From Paraspadella gotoi (Eukaryota > Animalia > Chaetognatha), in the NCBI GenBank assembly GCA_051294375.1, contig CM119268.1:10361607-10425606 (forward strand): 64,000 nucleotides of DNA. The letters run 5' to 3'. Below, piece by piece: positions 46,701 through 59,138 of the stretch (positions are counted from its first letter, which is position 1; each line of letters opens with the position of its first letter). A program made the position numbers and the translations under genes. Under the pieces are notes generated by a model. The model made no database searches, was not told the DNA's origin, and saw nothing but the letters and a program-made list of their open reading frames with translations.

Positions 46701-48093
46701 GCAAGCGCGAGGATAAATTGCTGAATGATGTGCGCAAGGGAAAGGATGAGACGGAGGAGCAACCTGAAGAGCTAGACTATGATGAGCTTATCGAATGGGA
46801 CGACGCCGGCGGTGATGGCGACGTTGAGCGGGTCGAAATCCCCGAAGACGCCAGACGATCGACAGATGGCGAAAAGGTTATGGGTGAGATTGAGACGGAC
46901 GAAGCGAAGAGGAGAGAACGAAAGAGGCAGTTGATCAAGCAGGAAAGAAAGAACGAAAAGGAGGCAGAGCGGGCCGCGGAAGGAGGCAAGGGAAAAAATG
47001 AGAAAGAGGCGGCGGATGTTAGTCGACGAGGAGGCAGCGAAGACGACCTTGACGAGGAGATCAAGAAGAGAAAGGAAGAGTTCGAAGCGCTGCTTCGAAG
47101 AGTTAATTCCCAGGTGGAGGCAAAGATCGAAAAGGAAAACTCGGCCGAGTTGATGGAGGAGAGAGAGGCCGACGAAGAGGCCGCCGACGCACGGGAGAAC
47201 CGACATCGACAGGAAAGGGGGAGGAAGGAGAGGAGAAAGAAGAGTAAGAAGGAATCGACGGGAAGGGAGCAGCGGAGACGTCGTCAGGACGACGAAAAAG
47301 CGGCGATGGCCTCGCCTACGACGAAGAAAAAGAAAAAAGACCGCGACGACGATCGTCGCTCCGCCTCCAAAAGGCGGCGGGACTCCACTAGAGTCGACCG
47401 GCGCGACGACGACTTTCGCGACGAATTCAGGAGCGATCCGCGCGAGGCTGAGAAACGCCGAGGAGAGCGGGGGAAGATTGAACACCGGGAAGCGAACAAA
47501 CGAGATGTTGACAATCGTCGCGGAGACTCGGTCCGAAATGAGCTGGATCACCGACATGGCGAAGTGACGAGAGACGCTCGCGGCGAACTCTCTGTGGATG
47601 AAGACGGCTCTAAGGGGCGCGCTAGGAGCATTGTCGCTGGAAGCAAAGCCTTGGTATCGGATCAGTTGGAATTTACGGTAAAAGGAAAGGGAAGGGTGGA
47701 CACTGGACAGTGAGATATACAAATTTGTCTTACCATAACGATGAAAAATTTAGAAGTTTAATAAACTGAAGAATTAATTTCATATTTAGTTATTTCCAGA
47801 CATTGCATGAACTTCATATCGCGTCTACTGCTTTTAATCAGGTGACGATAAAACACAAAACGGCGATGAAAACGTCTGAATCCCTTCAGGCCAATAGCTC
47901 GAGCGGTAGTGGCGGAGGGCGCTGCGAAGACGGTGACTTAAGGGGACGCAATCGCGACGGCGCTTCATCGAAAAATCGCGACTCCCGCACCAAAGGCTCC
48001 GACGAATCAGGAAAGGCTCCTCGGAAGCACGGGCGACGTTCTGTGGAACGGGGCCGAGATAAAGAAGACAAACGTAATAAGCTCAAATACTGA
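43706..48093 (+). CDS. Large low-complexity protein (Pro-rich, RS-rich, Gln/Asn-rich and charged segments), family unassigned
   Basis: Long ORFs 43706-44863 and 45446-47713 linked by short GT-AG introns; RS dipeptide exons suggest an RNA-processing factor. Confidence 0.6.
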
Positions 48094-48583
48094 ACATAAT
48101 GAATCAATTTTCGTTTTTTTTTTTCTTTCGTTTCTTTTTATTGTTTTTTCACTTCGTCTATTTTGTTTTTTTTCTTTTCGACATTTTTCGGTCACTACTT
48201 ACAATGTCGTCATAAATTACATGTTGATTCCTATTTGTTTTCAATTTATCTCGAGTTTTATTTGGACAAGATATAACCGTTTATTCAATCAACGGTGATC
48301 CAATTTCTTGGCTTTATTCTATATTTCTCTCAGCCGGTATTAATTATAGATAAATCTGATTCTAGCTAATTGTGATTCGGTTATTTTTTTCCCCGAATTT
48401 AAGCGTTAGCGTTTTTTTTTAATAGTGCATTTCGGATGAAAGGTTGAAGTTATATCCTAACACTGATAAAATGTCTGAACAGTGATAAAATGACTAAATT
48501 CCGATCCATCCCTCCTCCTCCCCCTCCATAAAAAAAATTGACTTTTGGTTTTGGGAATAAAAAGAACATCGTAAAAAAAAGAA

Positions 48584-51500
48584 ATGTCCGGCGCACCCGG
48601 GCATGCTTCCTCGGGTAATAGGGCCCCTCAGAGTTCGGGCCACAGACCCAGCGACGCCGACTTCGTCTTCCACTACGATAGAGTATTAGGCGAAGGGAGC
48701 TTCTCGACGGTTCTAGTGGCCACCGAACTCAAGACGGGCAGGGAGTGGGCCGTAAAGACCATGCTCATCAAGCAACTCGTTCGCGATAAGATGCAGGTGC
48801 CTCTATTGGAGTAATTCTTAGCGATATATTCTTAGACATATTTGGCAATTGTATATGTGATAGGGACTATTTATGTAAAGAATATTACTGGTATACTATT
48901 TACGACATAGGACTACGCCTTTCGCGAACGAAATGCTTTAAACTTGCTTTCGGAGCGACCATGGGATCCTTCGGATCTCGCCCGCCACGCCTCCTTTTCC
49001 TCTTCTTCTTCTTCTTCCTCGAAAACTCGCTGGCCTTCGATCGCCGAGGAGGAAGAGGCAGGAGAGGAGGAGGAGGAGGAGCAACAGAAGCGCCGACGAC
49101 GCGGGAGCAATCGGGAAGAAAATCGGCGTCGAAGGCGTCATCCATTTTTCGTGGAGCTGCATTCTTCCTTTAAATCCTCGCAGAGACTCTTCTTTGTCCT
49201 CACCTACGCCCGAAACGGAGAGATTTTAGAACATTTGAAGGCGAGTTGTTTTCCGCTTCAAAAGTCATGTGGCTGGACAAAAGTAGTAGTTTTTTAAACA
49301 AAATTTCTCAACCAATCATTCAGAAAGCTGGAAAGTTTTCCCTTCCCGTAACGCGTTTCTACGTGGCGGAGGTGACCAGCGCTTTGCGCCACCTGCACAA
49401 GATCGGCGTGATTCATCGGGACCTCAAGCCCGAAAATCTCCTCCTCGGTGACGACATGCACCTTCTCGTCGCCGACTTTGGATCCTGCAAGATCCTCCAC
49501 CCGTCCGCAGGTAAAGAATTTTTGTAATCGTCGAAGACGGAAATCAAACCCAAACTACTTGATAAATTTGAGAAAATTTGGGAAAAATTTAACTGAGGAA
49601 TTCTTATGTTTTGGCTATGCAAATTAAACTATCGAGAAGATTTTTGACACTCAACCACTGAGCCAAATTTTTTTTTTTTCGAATCGAAATACAGAAAATG
49701 CTACGCCGTTTTTTCGAACCGAGAATCGGTTCCGCAAAAATTACTCGATCAAATTTGGCATGAAGCTAGGCTTTGGCTACATATACAAATGGAACTATCG
49801 AGGGGAATTTTGATATTCAACATCTGAGAGGAGATACAGGGTCCCGCGGTTGTACCCCTAGCCAAAAAAAATTGTTTTGAATTTTCATGAATTTATTTGC
49901 GGCATCAGTTGCATTGATGTCCAAACCACATAAAAAACCATTTTACATGTAAAATTGATGTATTTTTGTTAAATAAACTTTGTTTGAAGATGCATGGTTC
50001 ATCATTTTATTCCAAATTTTCTCTTGCAATTCTCATATCGGTCCGCCTCGCCACGAAAATGCCCTTTTGTTCGCGGCTAGTCGATAGATCGCGCGTTTAT
50101 TCAAAGCAGTCAGAAAAATCGAACAAATAACATCGAAAAATGAAAAAAAGAAATCCAGGAGGAAGCCGTCACGTGACCCGCCCGCGACCAAATGGGAGCC
50201 ACACGTAGGTCATACCACTCTCTCTCGCCACGCGCACAGACCGGTCTGTCTCTCCGCCTGATACCAGGGGAAAATGCAGGATCTCACATCTGGTTATGTA
50301 CGCGCTTAAACAATAGCATATGTCGAAGCTCGGCGTCGGCGTCGGCGGCTTCTCATGCAGCACTTTGACAGGGATTTCCGCGGATTTGTGGTTCCATGAG
50401 CTTTATGCATGACTGTTCCTTCCGGGGATATCTCAGCTACGGTTCGAAAATCCGCTCAGTGCAGTACTGAGATCGTCTTGTCAGGGCAGAGAGCGGCGCG
50501 AGAGCGTCGTGCGGGGGACCAGAGAAAGTCGCTGGCAGCTCCAGGTCGAGGACCAAACGTCGGGGTCACCCAAGGTCTCTGGGAATCGGGGTAGAGAGGG
50601 ACTGGGAGATCGGCGGGGCTTGAGAGGTCACGTCCAACACACGAGACCGAGGAGACGAGAGAGCTTCGAACTTCCTCCGGGACCACACACCAGTGAAAGG
50701 GTGCGTAAAGAGGGGCGCCGCACGTGAGGGCAGTATCAAGACCCGGCGAATTGGCACAACTGTGAGGACCGTAAAGGAACAATCACGCGGCCACCAGCAC
50801 ACGGTCATTCTTCCCACCCTCTAGCTCGCACGTTCGTTTTTCCGCCAGCTACGTCCGCGCGGGAAGTAGGCCGGTCGATGTTTGGGCGTACTCAGACGGG
50901 TAGTGCGCTGAGAGATGGGTTGAAGGGGGGGCTTTGGAAATGCCGGACTGGGGCGAGAATGACAATTCTTTCCTTTTTGCCTGAACGACCCGGGATGGAA
51001 GAGGAACAACCGAGTGATTTGGATGAAAGCAGTTTTGGTGAGGGTTGTCTATCCGGTAGGCCAGCGCAAGAGCTCAGGCCCTTCCTGCTCAACGCACGAG
51101 CAGGTCATCCCTTGTCGAGCTGCAAGGGTGCGGGCCGGCCCCTTCTACGGTGATCAGTTCTCCTGTGACGCGGACCCCGCGTCGAGCTGCGGCAAAGGGA
51201 CGTGGAGTAGGGACCTGACGGAGGAGATCCTTTAAAAGAGGACGCGAGTCGCTCTAAGCGGACGACGGGTGTACGGGAGGCCTCAGTTCGGCGGAGCTTC
51301 AAAACTTTGGTTTGGCGCGGGTGTGATGGGAGCGCAGAATCTTTTGATTTATTAGAAAGTGAATTGCAGACCACGGATTCTTTCCCCAATTCGAGGTTGC
51401 AGATGAGGGTGACGTGCGTGATTCAGAAGGAACTTAAGAGCTGGTTGGATTCTTATCGAACACGCCAGAGCCAGGGATCGGGGCGGATAGATGGGAGTTC

Positions 51501-54500
51501 TCTAGCCGTTTTTTCAAACGCCTCGCCTCCCTTTTTGTTTCTCCTTTATTTCTTTCTTTTCTTTTTCGAAGTTTTCGAATTTTGGAATTTTAGAATTTTA
51601 TTTCGTCTAATTCGATCGAAATATTTTTGTTGAAATAACCGCTTTCCTACGCCTCTTGGCATGGGGCATTTCGTGGCGAGGCGGACCGATATGAGAATTT
51701 TTAATTCCTTTATGGAATATTAATTCTATATCGGTCCGCCTCGCCACGATCCCACCGTCCGCCCCTTGTTTGTCTCCTACCATGTTTTTGTGGCTTTGGC
51801 GTGGCTTAGGGAAGGGGGTTGGGGAGAAGGGAGGGGGGGGGTTCGGGAGTTTTCCGTTTAATTCTCGCGCTAATTTGTTTACCGCTTACATTTTTTACAT
51901 GTGACGATTCTATATCGGTCCGGTTTTACTCTCCACTACGCTTTGCCTCATTTGATTCGTCTCGATTTCCTTCCATGCTGCTCTGACTCTGTAGGCGCCC
52001 TCTCAGATCGGGCGCCCCCTCGGACCGTCGCACGGCCTCGCCTCTACCCAAGCATCATCGATCCCACACAGTGCCGGATCCGGACGCCGATACTCCTCCG
52101 ATTTGGCGGAGGAGGGAGAAGTTTCGTCTTCGGACGACGACGTCGGCGGTTTCGACGACTTCCTGCCCACGAGCAGGTCTGCGCCGGTTCCATCGCCATG
52201 GGTTCGTGACATGTGGCGTTCCCTTCGCTGCGTTGGGGAAGGGGACACCCTCACGGCCAACTGGAACGCGCTGGGACGCCCAGCGGCCGGCAGAATACGC
52301 CACTGGATCGACGTCGCTTCTCCGCCGGAGTTCACCGCTCCGACGCCGGACACATGCCTCTCCGCTCAATTCGAGTCGGCGTTCTCCAAGGGGACTAACG
52401 CGGCTACTCTCCGCTCCCTTTCTCGTGCGATGCAGGAGAACGGCGCTACCGCGCGCATGCCATCCTTACGGTTGCCGATGAGCTGCGCGGAATCAAGGAG
52501 GCTCTCCGTTCCGGATCGCCCAGAGATGAGGTCATCGGCGAGTGTAGACGCCCTTGCCGCCCCGCTTCGCGACGCGGCACTTATTCAGGCGGCGTCCCTC
52601 AACCACTCTGTCGGCGAGATCCGTCGCCAAGTTCTCGCTGTGGCGCCGCAGGATCTCCGCGCCACGCTCTCATCGCTCCGCGCCCACCGCCTCTTCCTTT
52701 TTTGGCGATCAAGAGGCGAAGGTGGCGTCGGCGCTCAACTCGACGCTTCTACGAAACGTCGCACGCGCCAAACCCGCTGCCGACAAGCGACCTCGTTTCC
52801 GCTCGAAGCCTTCCTTCAAGCGCAAGTGGACCAAGAAGTCTGCTCCCCGCAAAAAGTCGGGAAACGGGAAGGGCCGGGACTCGCGTCCGGCGAATGACTC
52901 GAAACGCCTCCCTCGCGGTCGCCGCCTCGTCCGACCGCCCCGGTTTTAGGCCTGGATCCGCCCATGGACTCGAGTCTCGACACGGACCTTTCCACGCCGG
53001 CGCTTCTCCCGGAAGCCCCGTCGGAGGTCGGCTTCGTCTCTTTCGACCATTTTGGACGACGCTCGTTGGCGAGACGTCGCCCATTCTCGACAACATCTCG
53101 GGCTTCCGTCTCGAGGGGGCGAAGCAGATTCCAACACGCCTCCCTCTTCCTCGGACGAGACGCCATCCTTTGGAGACCGAGACGCCTTGGTCGACGCGGA
53201 AGATTGCGGCGGCTTTGGAGAAGAACGCCATCGAGGAAGTCCCGGCTTCTCCGGGTTTTTTTTCCAAGATTTTCCTCGTTCCAAAGAAAGATGGAGGCCG
53301 GCGTCCGATTTTGAACTTAAAGAAGCTCAACTCTCGTTTCCTTTCGCCGCCTTATTTCCGGATGGAAGGAGCCTCGGACGTACGAAGGATGTTTCGACGA
53401 GGCGATTGGGGTGCCTCGATAGACCTTCGAGATGCTTATCTCCATCTCCCGATTCACGAGGAGCATCGGAAGTTTTGCCGCTTCATTTGGAAGGGCCGCA
53501 TCTACCAGTACAGAGTCCTTCCATTCGGCCTCTCGACGGGCCCTTGCTTTCACCAAGTCGACGAGACCTTTAGTGCAGTGGCTCCGCCAACAGGGGATTC
53601 GATGCCTCTTTTATATAGACATCTTGATCCTGGGATCTTCGGCGGACGATTGTCGACGAGCACTCGGAAGGCGGTGTGGCTACTCAAGGAGGCGGGTTCA
53701 TCATCCACCTTCAGAAGTCGAGCCTGCCCCCATCGCAGAGATTCGATTTCCTCGGTTTCGTTTGGGACAGCCTCTCCCACTCCATCGCGCTCCCGGAGAC
53801 GAAAATTACGACTCTTCGCTCTCTCGCGGAGAATCTCTGTCAACGACCGCACCAAGTGCCCGTCAGTGCCTTCAGCTTCTAGGCCATTCGACGGCGGCGT
53901 CCATGGCAGTTCCGCTGCTGCGTTGCCGGTCTTCGAGGATTCAGCGAGACGCCAATCGCGTCTACAAGTCGGAGAAGGATCTCGACCGCGTTGTTCCTCT
54001 CCACTCGCCGGCGATAGAGGAGCTGCGGTGGATCGCAGCTCTTTCTCCGGACCAGTGCTTCGCTCCGATCGACGACCTCCTCCGGAGGACTGCACGCTGG
54101 AGGTGACGACGGATGCTTCGTCGCAGGGATGGGGGATTCTCCATCAGGGCCAGCTGTCGAGGGGAACCTGGTCGACTGCGGATGCCCCTCTCCATATCAA
54201 TGTGAAGGAGTTCACAGTTCTGAAGATCTTCCTCCAACGATTCGGAGCTTCTTTCCACGGCGCGTCCATCCTTTGGAAGACGGACAGCCTCGTCTCTCTC
54301 ACCTGCCTTCGTCGGGGCTGCAGCAGGTCGCAGGCTCTCCACGAAGTAGTCAGGGAGACACTTCTACTGGCCTCCTACCTGAAGATCCGGATTTCAGGAG
54401 TCCATCTCTCTTCGGAGGAGAATCTCATCACGGACGCGGCGTCGAGGGGCCGCAAGGTGGCGGACTGGAGACTCCTTCCGCCAGATGGTCGACGTCTTCG

Positions 54501-57500
54501 GTCTCCCCAGCATCGATCTTTTCGCGACTCCCCGGTCGGCTCAAGTTCCACGCTTTTCGCCTGGGAGGCGACGCCGGAGGCGGAGGGGATAGACGCCTTG
54601 GCGCAACGCTGGGTCTTCGACCTGGCCTATCTCTTTCCTCCCCCTCCTCTGCTGATGATGGTGATCCGCAAGCTGGAGAAGGCGAGGGGCTCCTTTCTCC
54701 TGATCACCCCGTTTTGGCCGGCTCAGAAGTGGTTCCCGAGCCTACTTCTCCTTCAGATTCTGGACGCGAGGCGCCTTCCGGCGCCGAAAACCTCGTCGTT
54801 GACCTCGTGTCCGGACGTCCGCCACCGCAGGCGGACCGCTTCAGGCTCGTCGTCTGGAGGATTTTAGGCGGTGCCACAATCTCTCCGACATCGACGACTC
54901 CACCTTCTCCGTCATCGTCGACAGCTGGAGAGGTTCTACAGAGAGCGCTACGCCAGAGCTTGGAGCTCCTTCTGCGATTTCCTTCAGGATAGAGAGGTTC
55001 GAGGATCTCAAGCCTCCTAGAAGGATGTTCTACGATATCTCGGTTTTCTGTGCGAGAAGGGCCTCTCGTACAGCACGATCAACCTTCACAGATCGGCCAT
55101 CTCAGCTACTCTCCCCCCCTGGCGGGAGCGCCGGTTGGAGAGCATCCTTTGGTCCGGCGTCTTCTCAAGGGAGTTTTCGAGAGACGCCCTCCTCACGTCG
55201 AACCTTCCCCACGTGGAATGCGGCCTCGGTTTTACGCATTCTCGACTCGGCGCCACTTCCGATCGCGCCGAGGGATCTTCTACGACGCTCGCTCTTTCTC
55301 GTCGCTTTAGCGTCAGCTCGTCGCCCTTCAGAGATCGTTTCTCTTCGTTGCAACGCGGGCTATCTTAGCGGCAGATCACGTTCGTCTGGTTCCATCGACG
55401 CTCTCGAAGACGGACAGGGTCGGACACATGGGTCCGGCGTTCCGTCTCGATTCGCTGCCGCTCTCGGATCGTTGCCCCGGTTCGGGCGCTGCGCAATTGG
55501 CTCTCTTGTTCGGAATTGGCGCCGCAGCACGATTTTCTTTTCTGCACCCCCGCGCGCGCCGCCGTTTCGTCAGCTCTCGACCAGCGTTTCGCCTCCATTC
55601 TCGGAGCTCTTTTTGGAGGCAGACGTTTCTGCGCCCCCGGGGTCGACACGCGCTATGGCGGTTTCAGAAGCCTTCGCTCGCGCGTGGATCTCGGCGTCAT
55701 CTTACGCGCGGGAGATTGGTCTGGAGCGCAGACCTTCTTCCGTTTCTACTGCAGGGACGTCGCGTGGGGCGCCCCTCCGGGACCTTCTAGGGACAATTGA
55801 GGATCTCAGTTCCCCGGATGAGGGAGGAAGCCGGCTTCGGTGGATGCCGGGCTCCCATTGGTCGGGGCCGGTCACGTGACGGCTTCCCTCTGGATTTTCT
55901 TTTTTTCATTTTTCGATGTTATTTTGTTCGTTTTTCTGACTCTGATAAACGCGCGATCTATCCACTAGCGCGAACAAAAGGGCATTTCGTGGCGAGGCGG
56001 ACCGATATAAGAATTAATATTCCATAAAGGAATTAAAAATTCCAAATCTGGCATGAAACGCTGATGTTCATGGATATAATAAATGGAGTAATTAATACGT
56101 ATTTCACGCTGAATAAACGTCTATGCAACTGTTCAAAACTAAAATATTCAAAACATTTTTAAAAGATTTTAATAAAATTTTTGACCTTTTTTTTCCCCTT
56201 GGGATCCCATATCTCGGCGTAGGGGTCAAATATTGAAATTTGCATCGATAGTTCTATTTGTATTCTCACAAGGATCATATATACGAAATTTCGACATATT
56301 TTCTCAAGTAGTTATTCCAGAACCGATTCTCGGCTCAAAAAACTAATTAAATAATAAATTGTTTATGTATAGAGTCGAAAAGCTTCTCCGACAAGCTACT
56401 CCGATACCCACGTTATAAATTAATCAATGAATATTACTAATTCGTCAGCTAATTCTTCAAACGCATCCAACCACTCTGCAAAAGCAAACCCCGCCGGAAG
56501 TCAGCAAAGGGTATCGCCGACTAGATGCGTGCAGTACTCGACGTCCAACCAGCCAAACACCGGTTAGTAAACATTTTATACTCCTGAGTTCATTTAAGTT
56601 TTACGCTAAACCATTTTTACCTCTAAAATAAATCAGCGACGTCTTCCGGTGAGACTCGCCAGTCTTCATCCGAGGCGCAATCTCGCCTGTCTCGCAAAGG
56701 TTCGTCCAACTCGACCCGGAGCCAGCTGCGTCCCCGCGCCGCTTCCTTCGTAGGTTCGCCGCAGTACGTGTCGCCGGAAATGCTTCAAGGTCGACCTGAA
56801 GAGAAGGGATCCGATTTGTGGGCACTTGGATGCATCCTCTATCACTTTGTCGCAGGAACATTTCCCTTCAAAGGTTAAGATCGTATCTATGTTAAAAGAA
56901 CAAATATAAAATAAATTTAAAGTAATAAATATTTACAACTGAAATCCTTCACCGAGATAAAAAAATTTAGAACCATAATATCGCTCAGGAACGACACAAT
57001 ACGCCATCTTCCAGAAGATCCAGGCTTTGGACTTCGCCTTTCCCACTGACTTCGATGCCGTCGCCAAAGACTTGTGCCAAAAGTTGATCGTTACCGATCC
57101 AGCGATGCGACTCGGCGCTGGGGACGCCGGCTTTCCGGCGCTGCTTCGCCATCAATTTTTTGATTCAATCGAATGGGAAACACTTCATCTTCAGACGCCG
57201 CCGCTGCTGCCGCGCGAGGAAGGCGATGTCGGCGCCGCCGTCCAGGAGCCGCCCAAGGGAAAGACAGGATTTAGCGAGGAGGACTTCGCTCGTTCGGTTA
57301 TGGACAAACTTGGCGGCGGGGACGACGACGACGACGACGACGACGAGGACGATGAAGGACAATTCGAAATGGTGGTTTCGAAACGCCGCCGTAGCGGCGC
57401 AGAACCGCGACCCATCAAGGCGGCACCGGTCGATGACGGTCAAGCGCAGAGTCCGCCATCTTCGTCCGGAAAAAGTATCACTAACTATTTGGCTCCCGAG

Positions 57501-58109
57501 TCCATGACGACCGGAAGCTTTTCGAAACTCCCGTCCACGACGGCGTGGACAGCGGCGTCGATGGTTCCGTTGATCATGGATTTGTTGGATTTGTCATTGG
57601 AGGATAAGAAGGTCGGGGAAATGATTAAGCACCGATCTACGAATTATTTAAAATATCGCAGACCATACATGTTTATTTGTAAAAAGTTGACCGTTTCGTA
57701 TCTTCTCTCAAAGGTTCGTCGGCTAAAGCAGGAACGCGAAAACGACTATCACCGGTTCGTTGAAGGCCATTTAATCCTCAAAAGCGGGATACTGGAAAAG
57801 AAGCGACACGCCCACTACCCGACGCGGAGACGAATGTTTCTCCTCACCGACGGGCCTCGGCTCTATTACGTGGACCCCGACAAGAAAGAGCTTAAGGGTC
57901 AGGTACCCTGGTCGTCCACGATGAAGACCAAGTACCTCAACTTTAAAAAGTTTGAAATCCGAACGCCGAATCGAACCTACGACCTGCTCGACCCAAGCGG
58001 TGGTGCCATCGATTGGTGCCAGTGCCTCGATGCCGTGAGGGAGAAATTCTTCAAAACGACGACGGGATTGCCGGCCTCGACGTCTTCGCAGGAAACTAAA
58101 AAATCTTGA
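48584..58109 (+). CDS. PDPK1: 3-phosphoinositide-dependent protein kinase 1
   Basis: [49 protein letters not shown]; C-terminal PH domain ([26 protein letters not shown]). Confidence 0.93.
52103..52950 (+). CDS. DIRS ORF1 (gag-like), probably frameshifted
   Basis: 264-aa ORF immediately upstream of and overlapping pol, as usual in DIRS. Confidence 0.55.
53010..54870 (+). pseudogene. DIRS pol: RT, RNase H and adenine-methyltransferase-like domain, frameshifted
   Basis: [82 protein letters not shown]. Confidence 0.9.
54870..55760 (+). pseudogene. DIRS tyrosine recombinase, frameshifted
   Basis: [50 protein letters not shown]. Confidence 0.85.
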
Positions 58110-59138
58110 CTGAAATTCGTGACTTAAGTTGCCTCCGCAGGTTGTTTTTTTCTTAGTCGATCCAAGTTTTTATTCGGTATTGCGGATGATTTTGATCAGA
58201 ATAATTTATCCAGCCGTATTTTGATTCCCATTTTACAACGTACTTTGATTTTTGTTGTCCCAGCAAAAAAATCTATTATGTCAAATTATAGGGCTGTATA
58301 ACCATAGAAGAAAATTACCACTATATTAAAAATAAACGAAAGGTACCAAATATACATTATAAGTATGTGACAAAATCACAAAGGCCGAAATACGAGTGGA
58401 CATTCGCCGAATTTCGTGACAATGATCGACAAAAACCACTGGTTTTTTCTCACATTTTTTTCGGAATCTGACTGCCCTCTCCCTCTATTACATTACGTAG
58501 TCACCTTTCCGCGGTTCTAATCCATTTATAGACCCGAGAAGGAAAATGCGTATTAGATTAAGTAAGATTACAGAGGATTAATTAATGTAAGTTTCGAGTT
58601 GTGGGTTTACTTTCTTAAATTCAATAAAAAAAAATTGGCATGCCGCGGAAGTTTCAGGGTGGCTTTGTTGACATGTAATATCTACAGTTTTGTTATTTAC
58701 TATTCGGTCTTCGTAAATACCGGCAAATTTCCTAAGTCAGAGGAATTACCTATTAATGTTAATATTTTTATTCTTATTAATATTATTTATCTTTAATAGT
58801 TGGTTTGAACTTTGAATTCGCGTCGTTAACGCACGTAGCCGTTACATGCTAGCTCTTTTCCTCTTCCCCCCTTGAAGTTTAACTCGAAACGAATTTTGAA
58901 ATAAATATACATGAGTATATCAATTGATTTCACTAACCGTCGTTCCGAGTTAATCATTTTTCTGCCTTCGATTTTCCCCATTCTTCCCGGTTAACGATGA
59001 CGCTGACGCGTGCGCTTCATTTTTTATGACAACCAGGATCGACGAAGACGAAGGGTGTGCTTTCGTTAGAGCGGGCGGAGAGGCCCGTGGAATCAAAGCT
59101 GCAGTCCAAGGAATAAGAAAAACGTTTTTAAAAAGAAA

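Larger units (their letters stand above)
50028..56042 (+). mobile_element. DIRS1-like tyrosine-recombinase retrotransposon in PDK1 intron
   Basis: ~170-bp ITRs (50028-50200 / 55850-~56010) plus a right-end extension; ICR at 51664-51749; gag-like, RT, RNase H, MT-like and YR coding blocks; shared AATTC at both junctions. Confidence 0.93.
49710..56345. mobile_element. Older diverged inverted-repeat (foldback/MITE-like) element interrupted by the DIRS element
   Basis: CCGAGAATCGGTTC...ATACAAATGGAACTATCGA (~49719-49801) matches in inverted orientation TCGATAGTTCTATTTGTAT...GAACCGATTCTCGG (~56245-56333). Confidence 0.5.

Noticed and set aside
46772-47722. 316-aa minus-strand ORF and similar antisense ORFs over GC-rich exons
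   Set aside because: Shadow ORFs opposite low-complexity coding sequence; no independent motifs or splice structure
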